Virus record (IMG/VR): IMGVR_UViG_3300037466_000868
Source of the DNA: an uncultured virus (IMG/VR IMGVR_UViG_3300037466_000868)
Lineage: Duplodnaviria; Heunggongvirae; Uroviricota; Caudoviricetes
Strand: one strand, 5' to 3'
Length of the DNA stretch: 20,000 nt
Below the pieces are notes generated by a model. It did no database searches. It was not told the DNA's origin and was given only the letters and a program-made list of their open reading frames with translations. A program made the translations under genes and the position numbers. Shown in pieces: positions 1-9,663 of the stretch (position 1 is its first letter; each line of letters begins with the position of its first letter).

Positions 1-384
1 ATGCTGGTGTCGTTGCGGAAGCATCACGCCACTCATGCGTTCGCGTGGTCGTTCGATCGCGTCCGCCTGTCGGCTGTCTGCGCGCACGCCATAGAGTCCG
101 ACGAGTGGCTGGCGCTGGTCGGTGACCGCGCGCTGCTCCTAGCGCGCTGGTTCGATTGCGAATTTGGATCGGGCCGCCATGCGATCGAACGGGCGCTGTG
201 GGCTGAGCGCGGTCAGGGGGCGTCACTGATCGCCGAATACGAACAATGGGCACGTGACGCGGGATGCGTTGACGCCGCCCTGTCGTCGATGCGTCGACCT
301 GACGCCTTCGCCCGTCTCTACGGGCGGCTCGGCTACCGGATGGCCGAGACCACCTTCGTCAAGCCTCTGCGCGCAACCGCGTAG
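1..384 (+). CDS. GNAT-family acetyltransferase-like protein (probably 5'-truncated by window edge)
   Basis: ERALWAERGQGASLIAEYEQWARDAG...RLYGRLGY resembles GNAT motif A (RGxG) and the C-terminal LYxrLGY motif; lies directly upstream of the tail-tip gene. Confidence 0.65.
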   Translation: MLVSLRKHHATHAFAWSFDRVRLSAVCAHAIESDEWLALVGDRALLLARWFDCEFGSGRHAIERALWAERGQGASLIAEYEQWARDAGCVDAALSSMRRPDAFARLYGRLGYRMAETTFVKPLRATA

Positions 385-418
385 CGCATTCGCAATCAAT
401 CTCACGGGTAATCGATAA

Positions 419-2992
419 GTGCCAATCTTTAGCGGCATCATCGCGGCTGCGTCGGCGGCGATATCGTCTTTCTTCACCGTTGCCGGCATTGCCACGGCCG
501 CGTTGCAGATGGCGGCCGGTATCGGGCTGTCGTACATCGCCGCCGCGATCAAGGGAAAGCCGACGCAGGAAAAGGTCGGCATCCAGGGCAAGTTGGCAGG
601 CGGCGGCGATACGCCCCGCTCGATCATGCTGGGCCTCTACAACACCGCCGGATCGCTGGTCTATCGCAACACCTATGGGCAATCGGGCGAGACGCCGAAT
701 GCATTTTATGTGGAGGTGAGGGCGCTAGACGACCTTCCCGATGGTGGAATAATCGACGTCTGGGTGGATGGTGAAAAGGTCGATCTTGTTGCCGGCGACT
801 ACGGCTTGACCTCCACCAAGCACATCAAATACGGAACCAAATGGGGCGATCTCCAGCATCTGTGGTTCCAGTTTTATGACGGGACGCAGACGACGGCGGA
901 CTCGCGCCTCGTAAGCTGGTTTGGCGGCTCGGCTCGTCCGTGGGGCAGCGATCGTATCGGTAAAGGCGTTCCATACGTCATCATCACGGCGTTGCGTGAC
1001 GATCTCGAAACCGAGAATCCGCTCTTCAACGGATTCCCGAACTGCAAATTCACGCGGGCAGGCGTTCCGCTTTACGACCCGTCTAAAGATGACGCGGTCG
1101 GCGGTTCGGGCGCGCATCGCTACGACGATCCTTCGACTTGGGGGGGCGACGGCGACGATCTGCCAGTCGTCCAGATTTATAACATCCTGCGAGGGTTCAC
1201 CTACAACGGGCAATGGCTGTATGGTTTGCAGGCTGCAAGCCCGGCGATCTTGCCGGCCGCGAACTGGATTGCGGCCATCAATAAGTGCCGCGCACTGGCG
1301 GACGGCCCGGATGGATCGGAGGCGCAGTATCGTTCGGGCATTCAGGTTAACGTCAACGTCGCGCCGGCCGACGCGATCGAATCCCTGCTCAAGACCTGCA
1401 ACGGCCGCCTGACGGAGGTTGGCGGCGTCTACACCATCCACGTCGGCGAGCCCGATACGCCTGTTCTGTCGTTCTCGGATGCTGATATCCTTTCGACCGA
1501 GGAGCAATCCCACCAGCCGTTCCGCTCGCTCGCCGACAGCATTAACGGCGTCGTCGCCAAATATCCCGAGCCGCTTGAGGGCTGGAACGTCAAGACGTCG
1601 CCGGTCACGAAGAACCCAGCGCAGATCGTTCGCGATGGTGGTCGCGAACTGTTCGCGGACGTCGACCTTTCGGCTTGTCCGTATCACGGTCAGGTGCAGC
1701 GTCTTCTTAAGAGCGCGATGCTGGAAGCGCTTCGTGAGCGCCGACATACCATCGTGCTGCCGCCTTGGGCGCAGGTGCTTGAGCCGGGTGACATCGTCCA
1801 GTGGTCGAGCGAGCGCAACGGGTACGTCGAAAAGTGGTTCCGCATCGACGGCATGGCCTATAAGGCCAACCTTGATGTCATGCTACAGATCACGGAAGTT
1901 GATCCGTCCGATTACGATTGGGACCAATCGGCGGACTACGTCGCGCCCGTTTTCTCGCCGATGGAGATCATTCGGCCGGCGCCGCAGCCGATGGTTACGT
2001 GGAATGCGGAGGGTATGGTTGAAACTGCGCCAGACGGGCGTAGACGTGTCTACGTTCTGCTGACTTGGGACGGCAATAAGCGGGACATTAACGGTGTCTC
2101 GTACCAGATCGCCAAGACGGCCGACGAAAGCACCGTAATCCTGCGCGAGAACAGCGATGGCGCGGATATCGGCTCGATCAAGGTCTACTCGCAAGGGATG
2201 CTGCCGGGAACGACTGTTTACGCGCGGGGCCGGTACATCCCGACGTCGCCGCGCGCGACTGATTGGTCAGACTGGCGGCCCGCCTTCCTGCCTGATGTAC
2301 GTTGGGGTGTTCTTGATTTTAACGAGTCGCTTAAGGCCGAGATCAACGAATTAAACCAGAAGGCCGAGGACGCCTTCAATTATTCTGACGCGCTAATCAC
2401 GTCGATCTCCGACAATCAGGACTCTGCGGACTGGTTGAGTCGAGATGAGAACCGTAGCCAATTGCAGGCGGTCAGTGGGCGGCTTCAGTCCAACATCACG
2501 CACGTCGAAACCGTCGCGGCGAGTGCGACGGCGGCGTTGGCCGAAACTGTCGATACCGTATCGGCTTCGGTTGACGATAACACGGCTGCGATCACGACGA
2601 CACAGACCGCCGTTGGCAACATCGAAGGACAACTAGCGCTCTCGTACAGCGTCAAACTGGACGTTAACGGCTATATCATCGGCTATCAGCAGACCAACGG
2701 AGGCCCAGGTACAGGCACGACGATATTTACGACCGACTTCTTCCAGATCGTGGGGACAGGTGCGTCACCGAAAAAACCATTCACAGTCGGAACAGTGAAC
2801 GGCGCGACGTCGATTGGCATCAATGCCGATAACGTGCTGATCGACGCGAGTGTGAAGGTGCGCCACTTGGACGTGGCGGAGTTGAGTGCGATTGCAGCGA
2901 ACATCGGACTCGTGACGGCTGGAAAAATCCAGAGCACAGATGGGAAAACATTCTGGGATCTGGATAACGGCTATATGCTGGGTTCTGACTGA
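419..2992 (+). CDS. phage tail tip / host-specificity protein (TipJ-like)
   Basis: 857 aa; hydrophobic N-terminus, GVPLYDP, LEPGDIVQW, FN3-like region, coiled coil, and C-terminal SYSVKLDVNGYIIG...IFTTDFFQIV resembling the DUF1983-type end of J proteins. Confidence 0.85.
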   Translation: MPIFSGIIAAASAAISSFFTVAGIATAALQMAAGIGLSYIAAAIKGKPTQEKVGIQGKLAGGGDTPRSIMLGLYNTAGSLVYRNTYGQSGETPNAFYVEVRALDDLPDGGIIDVWVDGEKVDLVAGDYGLTSTKHIKYGTKWGDLQHLWFQFYDGTQTTADSRLVSWFGGSARPWGSDRIGKGVPYVIITALRDDLETENPLFNGFPNCKFTRAGVPLYDPSKDDAVGGSGAHRYDDPSTWGGDGDDLPVVQIYNILRGFTYNGQWLYGLQAASPAILPAANWIAAINKCRALADGPDGSEAQYRSGIQVNVNVAPADAIESLLKTCNGRLTEVGGVYTIHVGEPDTPVLSFSDADILSTEEQSHQPFRSLADSINGVVAKYPEPLEGWNVKTSPVTKNPAQIVRDGGRELFADVDLSACPYHGQVQRLLKSAMLEALRERRHTIVLPPWAQVLEPGDIVQWSSERNGYVEKWFRIDGMAYKANLDVMLQITEVDPSDYDWDQSADYVAPVFSPMEIIRPAPQPMVTWNAEGMVETAPDGRRRVYVLLTWDGNKRDINGVSYQIAKTADESTVILRENSDGADIGSIKVYSQGMLPGTTVYARGRYIPTSPRATDWSDWRPAFLPDVRWGVLDFNESLKAEINELNQKAEDAFNYSDALITSISDNQDSADWLSRDENRSQLQAVSGRLQSNITHVETVAASATAALAETVDTVSASVDDNTAAITTTQTAVGNIEGQLALSYSVKLDVNGYIIGYQQTNGGPGTGTTIFTTDFFQIVGTGASPKKPFTVGTVNGATSIGINADNVLIDASVKVRHLDVAELSAIAANIGLVTAGKIQSTDGKTFWDLDNGYMLGSD

Positions 2993-3432
2993 TGGCACGC
3001 GTTGCCTATGGAAACGTGCCCGGTCTTGGCCAGGTGCTTCGCGTATCAAAGCCGCCATACGACGTCGTTGGTGAAGCCTACGGTTCTGCAAACATCTCGT
3101 TCGATTCGCGCCTGCCTTACCTCGGTGCGGCGGTTTCGAGCGGTTTGATCCAATGCGGGGGAGCACCCGTTTACTTTGATACTCTGCCTTACGTGCCGCT
3201 GGTTCAGATCAAGCGGTGGGACGGAAGCTATCTGCAAGGTTCTGACGGCACTTTCAGGATGCCAGATCCGAGTGGATTGATCGCTGACGGACGAACGTGG
3301 ATTCCCGCCATCGGAATCGTCACATCGTCAAGCCTTAGCGTGGTTGCTTATACGAACCCGTTCTATTCGACGACGAGTTACTACAACCCGAACGGAACTT
3401 ATTACCACTACATCGTCTGGGCGATAGGCTGA
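2992..3432 (+). CDS. small tail-associated protein, paralog 1
   Basis: TGATG coupling to J gene; motif LRVSKPPYDV...ISFDS shared with the next two ORFs. Confidence 0.7.
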   Translation: MARVAYGNVPGLGQVLRVSKPPYDVVGEAYGSANISFDSRLPYLGAAVSSGLIQCGGAPVYFDTLPYVPLVQIKRWDGSYLQGSDGTFRMPDPSGLIADGRTWIPAIGIVTSSSLSVVAYTNPFYSTTSYYNPNGTYYHYIVWAIG

Positions 3433-3881
3433 TGACTTGGCAGACGCAGTTTGGTAAGCGCGGATCGGTTTTCGGCTGTTGGATCGCGAAGCCGGGCTAT
3501 GACGTCACCACGACGTCCAGCGGCAACATGCTTTTCGACACGTCGAAACTCGGAATGCAGCCATTACAATCTGGCCCGGTCCTACTCTATGGGCATGGTG
3601 AGGGTGGCACCGGTAACATTATCAAGACAGTCTCTCTGTCGGTCGGCGGGGCATCACGGCTCGCTGTTGGATTTGAGATATCTTACCAATTCCTGGCGGC
3701 GATCCCGTCGCCATTTACCACAGAGCAGGTTTACGACGGGATGACGCAGCTTGACGATCTTCAGGCGGTCGTGTCGGGCGGCTCTCTCTATCTGAATTAC
3801 GTTAATCCACCACGCAGTTGGTCTGACACGTACACCATCGACATTTGGGCGTTCTACTCCGTGCTCAGAGCGAGGTACTGA
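3432..3881 (+). CDS. small tail-associated protein, paralog 2
   Basis: TGATG coupling; motif CWIAKPGYDV...MLFDT. Confidence 0.7.
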   Translation: MTWQTQFGKRGSVFGCWIAKPGYDVTTTSSGNMLFDTSKLGMQPLQSGPVLLYGHGEGGTGNIIKTVSLSVGGASRLAVGFEISYQFLAAIPSPFTTEQVYDGMTQLDDLQAVVSGGSLYLNYVNPPRSWSDTYTIDIWAFYSVLRARY

Positions 3882-4480
3882 TGTCTACAGACCGTTGGAT
3901 ACTGTTCAAGCATCCCGTCACTGGCGTCCAAGGGTTCTTTGTTTCCAATCCTGGCGTTGATGTTAAGAGCGCTGGGGCATTGGACCTTGCTTTCTCCACG
4001 GATGTAGCAATTCCACGCCTCGTGGCCTTCGGCAGCGTCGTCGCATACCCACTAAGCGGTTGGGCTCCAAACGACACCGACATCCCCCAGATTCCCGGCG
4101 CTAAGGCGACAACGACGTCAGTTTATTATGGGTCGACGGTCGCGGCACCATATGTCGCAGCAATCGCAAGCGCGTCGTCGTGGCCGGTGCCAACTTACGA
4201 TATGGCTGCTCAACTGAGTTATCTGAACAATGCTTGGCACACCTACATCTGCGAGAGGCCGAAGGACCAGACGGGCAATACGGCGAATACCGATCCGACT
4301 TACGGTTCACACGGTATCCGGCGATCAACTCGAACGGCACCAAACCTTCAAAAAGGCGATACGGATTTCACGTTCGCGTCGGCTCGCTTCGTTCCGCGCA
4401 TATTCTCGGATCACGTCGAGTTCATCACCAATTGCTACAACCCCGTGACCATCAAGTATCTCATCTTGGAGCCTCGATAA
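3881..4480 (+). CDS. small tail-associated protein, paralog 3
   Basis: ATG at 3881 overlaps upstream TGA; motif FFVSNPGVDV...LAFST. Confidence 0.7.
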   Translation: MSTDRWILFKHPVTGVQGFFVSNPGVDVKSAGALDLAFSTDVAIPRLVAFGSVVAYPLSGWAPNDTDIPQIPGAKATTTSVYYGSTVAAPYVAAIASASSWPVPTYDMAAQLSYLNNAWHTYICERPKDQTGNTANTDPTYGSHGIRRSTRTAPNLQKGDTDFTFASARFVPRIFSDHVEFITNCYNPVTIKYLILEPR

Positions 4481-4899
4481 TGTACGTCGTCTATAATGAT
4501 ACAGGCGCGATCACTCAAACGATTCTCGGGCCAGATGAAAGTTATGGTCCGACCGTGCTAGATGCTCACAACCAAAAATGGCTATTCGTATCACAGCGTT
4601 CGATGATCGATCCGCATCAGTTTTATGTAGATACCGCAACGAAGACGTTGATCGAAAAGCGGCCCATGGCGCTCACGGTCGATAAGGTTGAGATCGCAGC
4701 GGACGGGAACGATGTCGCGACGGTTGGCGGCATCCCCGAAGGGGCGGCTATCTCGATCCTATGCGAAGGCAAGCCGCAGTTTGCCAACGTCATCGGTAAG
4801 GAGACGCTGGAAATTACGTCGATGTCACCCGCAACATACTTCGTGTCGGCTACCTGCGTCGGCTACCTGCCGGCCAGCCTGACTGTGGTGGCTAAATGA
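4480..4899 (+). CDS. tail-associated hypothetical protein (MYVVYNDTG...)
   Basis: ATG at 4480 in TAATG overlap, in frame with ORF 4180..4899; beta-rich C-terminal half (IAADGNDVATVGGIPEGA). Confidence 0.7.
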   Translation: MYVVYNDTGAITQTILGPDESYGPTVLDAHNQKWLFVSQRSMIDPHQFYVDTATKTLIEKRPMALTVDKVEIAADGNDVATVGGIPEGAAISILCEGKPQFANVIGKETLEITSMSPATYFVSATCVGYLPASLTVVAK

Positions 4900-5249
4900 G
4901 AGTTGCACTCGATCCGTTCCCGCAGCGGAAGACGGATGCCATCGCCGCGGTTAACGCGCATTTCGTAGCGCTGGGCGCTTCGGTGGCAATGCAGGAATCC
5001 GCATGGACGCGCAAGCGCCAAATAGCGCAGGCGGTGAAGGCTGGCGGCTTCGGCAGCGCATTGGCGCAAGAGGCCGCTTTGCGCGGCATGACTGTGCCGG
5101 CGCTTGCAGACCTGATCCTCTCCAAACCTGACCCGGCAACATTCGCCGACGCGCGCGAGCTCCAGCGTCAGACGACGCTTTTGGCGATCGACGCCGCCAA
5201 AACTCCAGCTGATCTTGACGCAATCTTGGCGTCATTGCCGCGGGCTTAG
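4896..5249 (+). CDS. tail fibre assembly/chaperone-like protein
   Basis: ATGA overlap; helical 117 aa ending IDAAKTPADLDAI, typical of tail assembly chaperone C-termini. Confidence 0.55.
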   Translation: MRVALDPFPQRKTDAIAAVNAHFVALGASVAMQESAWTRKRQIAQAVKAGGFGSALAQEAALRGMTVPALADLILSKPDPATFADARELQRQTTLLAIDAAKTPADLDAILASLPRA

Positions 5250-5352
5250 TCGTCCGCCTTAGCCGCTCATCCGCAAACCAACAACCAATAACCATCGCCG
5301 CCGCGTGCCGCGCACGCGGTCTGCTGCGCATATCGACGGGGCACGCTTGTAA

Positions 5353-8166
5353 ATGACCGACTTTCCTTCCTACGCCTACGGCACTGTTACGATTGAGGCC
5401 GGCGGCACCGTCATCACCGGAACGGACACAAACTGGTCAGGCGTGAATGCCCGTGCCGGCGATGATTTTAAGGTGTACGGTCATACGGTCGATATAGTCG
5501 ATGTGATCGACGAAACGCATCTAAAAATCGACGCTTGGCCTTACGATGCTGTCACCGATGCGGAATACAAGATCATCCAGCGGTCGCCGCTGCGGTTTGT
5601 TGGCGGTGTCGCGCGCGCCGATCTGACGACGTTGCTTTCTACGCTCAAGGCCAAAGGGCTACTCTGGTATCTGCCGGACGGATTGACCGAGCCTAACGAT
5701 GCCAAGCCACCACTGACAGCGGATGAAAATCAAGGCATTCTCGACATCACCACGAAGCAGTTATGGGTGATGCAGGGCGGCGCGTGGGTGTCGGCTGGAT
5801 CATTCTCTGGGTTCGGCAGTCCGCAAGACTACAATGCTGGCACGACTTACCATCCGCTCGACATCGTCATCAAGGACGGCACCGTCTATGTTGTCAAAGC
5901 CACAACGACTGGCAATGCGCCGCCAAATGCAACTTACTACGGCGTAATTGCGCCTGCTGGCGTGGCCGCTACCGTTGACGTTGGAGCCACGACGACGCTT
6001 GCTCCAGGTGCCAGCGCAACAGTCACTCCGTCCGGCACGTCGAATGCGCGAATCCTCAACTTCGGCATTCCCACCGGTAAGGGCTACGGTGGCACGTCAA
6101 CGACGTCAATGACGATCGGTACGGGCAACCAGGCGTTAGACCTTCAAGCGGGGCTTGCCTTCGTGGTTGGCGACCGCGTTCATATCGGCGCTGTCGGCAA
6201 TGAATTGAACTGGATGGAGGGGTTTGTCACCGCATATAGCGGCACGTCAATGACGGTTGCTGTCAGCGACGTTGGCGGTTCTGGCACGTATACCTCATGG
6301 GGCATCGGCCTTACTGGTAAGCCTGGCGCGGGCGACGGTGATATGAAGGGTGCGAATAACCTTTCCGACCTGTCTGACATTCCGGTCGCGCGCGCTAACC
6401 TTTTGGGACGCGCTATTCCTCTAATCACCGATTTCGGAGATGTCGACGATAGCGGTACGGAAGATGCGGCATCCGCCTTCCGATGGGCGCGTGACGAGTT
6501 GCCGAACGGTTCGACGGTTTGCATCCCGAACGGGGAATGGTTACTTGATAGCATCGCCAGTGGCGAGGCTGATATCATCCCTTTCACGGGTGGCAACGGA
6601 AATAAATCAATCTCTTTTGAAGGTATGGGCTGGCAGATCAAAACAGGCACTGTTCCGGGTCAACCTTACGCCAAACCGACCGGCTCGATTCTGAAAATTG
6701 GTTCGTCTATTCCTGATACAGCCAATGTATTCCGATGGGCCGGTACCGATCATCTGGATCGGTTGTCTTTTCGGAATTTCGCGATCATTCCGTATAACGG
6801 CGCGCTGGGTACACCGAAAGGGAAGAACGGAATTTTCATTGACGCCACAGGTAACGATGATTTTCTCGTTTCTCATTTGTCGTGCGAGAATGTCTATATC
6901 GACAATATGGCTACAGGGGTGTCGTTTCGGTCTAAAGCGGAGTTGACAAGTAACAGCGGAGGCTTGGCTTACTCTGTCATCCGTGACAGCCGCCTAATGT
7001 GTATCGCGCTCGAATACGTTGGCGACAGTATGAAGGTCGAGCATAACGTCATCGGCTACAATTGCACTTCCGACAATCCTGGCATTTACGCCCACAACAT
7101 TACCGGCGCCGCTGGATTCACGGAACGCGATAACAATATTGCCAACACATATGGGCCTCTGGTCGTCTTCGATGGCGGCACTTCTCCAGTATTCGATAAT
7201 GAAGAACTCGAATATGGGAACGGTTTAGTAAACCGCCACGGGACTCTTCTACATCTGCGCGGCGGGGCCTCCATCATCTATGGTGCTACTGTTCTTGGTG
7301 GAACACATTCACAGAACAATACACGCAGCAAAATTCGTCCCTTATTGATCGATAACGCGGCCCACACGAAGATCATTGCGCCTCGTATCAACCAAGGCGC
7401 TTATTGTTTTGTCGACAATGTCACCCTCGGGTTGGCAATTTCAATTGCATCGCCATGCGTTGTGACGTGGCCCTATCACGGATTTGACGCGGGGGACCAA
7501 TTCTCGATATCCACCACAGGGGTGCTACCAACAGGGCTTCCAGCGGGCACCTACTACGTCAAGACCGTTATTGACCAGAATACGTTCACTGTGAGCGCGA
7601 CGGTTGGTGGGGCGGCGATCAACACGTCCGGTACGCAGTCCGGCGCTCATACCGCCGTCGTGCCCCAAGCAAAACATATAGTCGTGGGGGCCACGGCTGT
7701 TAGCACCAGGATTTTCGAGCCGACCGCGATGGATGGCGGTACGCTATACACCAACCCCGACAGTTATCTATCTGACAAAGGAACAGACACGCGCGTTGTT
7801 AATAGCGTCGAGGGTGTCTGGACGCCCACCGTAACACCGTCATCCGGAGCGCTTGGTGCGTACACGGCGGTCGGAAAATTCATCAACGACGGCAAATGGA
7901 CCCGATGGGAAGCGTCAATCACCATTACAGATAACGGCACCGCTCCTGCGGCTGGTACTGCCGCTGGTTCGATGGGAGTTTCTCTCCCTTATGCAACGGG
8001 CGTTATCAGTACGGCCTCCGGGGCTGAAACCACCATAAGCGGATTAGCGGTTAAAGGTTTTCAATATTCCCCTGGCGCAATAATGAATGTCAATCGATAC
8101 GATAATTCGTATCCAGGCGGGACAGGTGCTGTCATCTTGTTGAGTGGACAATACCTGCGGGCGTAG
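5353..8166 (+). CDS. tail fibre/tailspike with pectin-lyase-like beta-helix (putative polysaccharide depolymerase)
   Basis: N-terminal GTVTI...GTDTNW anchor; CBM5/12-like YNAGTTYHPLDIVIKDGTVY; NNLSDL..ARANL linker; beta-helix cap ITDFG...DAASAF...VCIPNGEW; Asn/Gly-rich rungs; C-terminal EGVWTPTV domain. Confidence 0.85.
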   Translation: MTDFPSYAYGTVTIEAGGTVITGTDTNWSGVNARAGDDFKVYGHTVDIVDVIDETHLKIDAWPYDAVTDAEYKIIQRSPLRFVGGVARADLTTLLSTLKAKGLLWYLPDGLTEPNDAKPPLTADENQGILDITTKQLWVMQGGAWVSAGSFSGFGSPQDYNAGTTYHPLDIVIKDGTVYVVKATTTGNAPPNATYYGVIAPAGVAATVDVGATTTLAPGASATVTPSGTSNARILNFGIPTGKGYGGTSTTSMTIGTGNQALDLQAGLAFVVGDRVHIGAVGNELNWMEGFVTAYSGTSMTVAVSDVGGSGTYTSWGIGLTGKPGAGDGDMKGANNLSDLSDIPVARANLLGRAIPLITDFGDVDDSGTEDAASAFRWARDELPNGSTVCIPNGEWLLDSIASGEADIIPFTGGNGNKSISFEGMGWQIKTGTVPGQPYAKPTGSILKIGSSIPDTANVFRWAGTDHLDRLSFRNFAIIPYNGALGTPKGKNGIFIDATGNDDFLVSHLSCENVYIDNMATGVSFRSKAELTSNSGGLAYSVIRDSRLMCIALEYVGDSMKVEHNVIGYNCTSDNPGIYAHNITGAAGFTERDNNIANTYGPLVVFDGGTSPVFDNEELEYGNGLVNRHGTLLHLRGGASIIYGATVLGGTHSQNNTRSKIRPLLIDNAAHTKIIAPRINQGAYCFVDNVTLGLAISIASPCVVTWPYHGFDAGDQFSISTTGVLPTGLPAGTYYVKTVIDQNTFTVSATVGGAAINTSGTQSGAHTAVVPQAKHIVVGATAVSTRIFEPTAMDGGTLYTNPDSYLSDKGTDTRVVNSVEGVWTPTVTPSSGALGAYTAVGKFINDGKWTRWEASITITDNGTAPAAGTAAGSMGVSLPYATGVISTASGAETTISGLAVKGFQYSPGAIMNVNRYDNSYPGGTGAVILLSGQYLRA

Positions 8167-8188
8167 CCACTCGCCTTTCCGAGCCGCG

Positions 8189-9496
8189 CTACTTCTCGCA
8201 CTTCCCGAGCGGGCGACGGTCCTTTCTCTCGAAAACTGGTATTTGTTCGATAGTGGAGGCCGGGGAGATCAGGGAGGCTGTCGGCTGGACTGATATCGTG
8301 TTCAGGCGTGGGTTGACGTTGACGGCAAGTGGGCATCCATCGCGCGCGCAGATTGTGTTGTAGGTACGTTCAAATCCATATCCCTCATCGCCCATAAGTT
8401 TCGCCTGCAAAATCGTATGATACGGCAGGAAGGGGAAGTAATCCGGCTTGTGTAACTGGACGCCAAGGCCGGCGATTCCAGCGATACCAACGCCTGCGAC
8501 GACCGCTTGCCGAACTCGCAATCGGTAGATGGACAGCACGTCAGCACGCAAAGCGGCGGCGGTCTGCCAAGGCAGCGCCACAGCCATGATCCGCGTCCAG
8601 AATGTAGGATAGTGCGATAGCATCAGATGCGCGGCGAGCATGTAAAGTGTCAGAGCGAATCCTATTTTAATAAAGGGGTCGTCATTGCGCTGCTTAAAGA
8701 GTGCGGTGAGGATGATGCTATGCCAAACGATGAGAACCATCGCGCTAATTGAGGCGTTGACCGGCAGATACGTCAGATGGAAGCATAGCTTGTACCGCAG
8801 CCAATCGGGGGAGAACGGCATAACCGCGCGAATGACCGTGTGAAACAAATTGAGGCCGGTTAGGAGCGAGGCAGCGAATGACGCGACAAAAATCGCTAAG
8901 GCAAACGCGATTATTTTGCCGCTAAATCGTACCCTGTTGATCAGCCACAGCGGCGCGAACATTGCCGACGAGACTTGAATACCAAGAGCGGCAATCATAG
9001 GGGTTGCGCCAGTGAACGTTTTTCGGTTTGCAACAAAGAGTAACCCCAGCAAGACGAATGAACTCGCAAACGCCTGTCGGGTGGTATTCATTTGGACGGT
9101 GACAACCGCAACGCAGAAGTAGACCAGCCACACGATCGGTTGGGAATTAGGACAAATTCGCTGAACGACGAAGTAGATTGCCCAAACGTTAAAGACGGCG
9201 ATCACGGCAAAGAGGATGTCTACCGACCCGCCGAGGGATTTCGTTAGAATATTAAGCCAAAGAAAAAGCGGCTCAACCTGGAGAACTGGCGCGGGTGGTT
9301 GATAGCCGAAATGCCATTCCCGTAGATGCGAAAACAACGAGTCGTAGGCGAGCCAATCGTATCCGAGATGGTATCTTAATCCGACAAAAAGCCCAACGAT
9401 CACCGTAGAAGCTATCGCCGCCCACTTTGTGGGGCTGTGCATCGATATCAGGGCCAAAATTAACAGCGCAACGGCAACGACGAGATAAGCAAACAT
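8189..9496 (-). CDS. EpsG/Wzy-like polysaccharide polymerase (lysogenic conversion moron)
   Basis: Multi-TM 435 aa protein with GLRYHLGYDWLAY, EPLF, RQAFASS and IQVSS motifs typical of the EpsG family; antisense to late genes; visibly AT-richer than its flanks. Confidence 0.8.
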   Translation of the reverse strand: MFAYLVVAVALLILALISMHSPTKWAAIASTVIVGLFVGLRYHLGYDWLAYDSLFSHLREWHFGYQPPAPVLQVEPLFLWLNILTKSLGGSVDILFAVIAVFNVWAIYFVVQRICPNSQPIVWLVYFCVAVVTVQMNTTRQAFASSFVLLGLLFVANRKTFTGATPMIAALGIQVSSAMFAPLWLINRVRFSGKIIAFALAIFVASFAASLLTGLNLFHTVIRAVMPFSPDWLRYKLCFHLTYLPVNASISAMVLIVWHSIILTALFKQRNDDPFIKIGFALTLYMLAAHLMLSHYPTFWTRIMAVALPWQTAAALRADVLSIYRLRVRQAVVAGVGIAGIAGLGVQLHKPDYFPFLPYHTILQAKLMGDEGYGFERTYNTICARDGCPLAVNVNPRLNTISVQPTASLISPASTIEQIPVFERKDRRPLGKCEK

Positions 9497-9663
9497 TTTC
9501 GAATATTCCTGCGCGCGAACCGGCCGCCGCAGCGCTCACTACCACACCTCAAAAGATCAATCCACTACGTTCACAACCACAATGTCCGCCCACCAACCTC
9601 CAATTCAGAGGACGAGAACCTATGGCCGATGGCGTCCGCGAGCCGACCGAACAAGGAGACCCT

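Noticed and set aside
725..1747. 340-aa minus-strand ORF and other long shadow ORFs (e.g. 1419..2063, 10361..10963, 15904..16440)
   Set aside because: They overlap well-supported genes, lack motifs, and are expected in high-GC DNA
4180..4479. N-terminal extension of ORF 4180..4899
   Set aside because: Overlaps the paralog-3 gene; the TAATG-coupled ATG at 4480 is the better start
5301..5319. CCGCGTGC/GCACGCGG hairpin as a terminator
   Set aside because: No U-tract and a 3-nt loop; function cannot be supported
5353..8166. DGR target or invertible tail-fibre switch
   Set aside because: No reverse transcriptase, template/variable repeat pair, invertase or inverted crossover sites seen in the window
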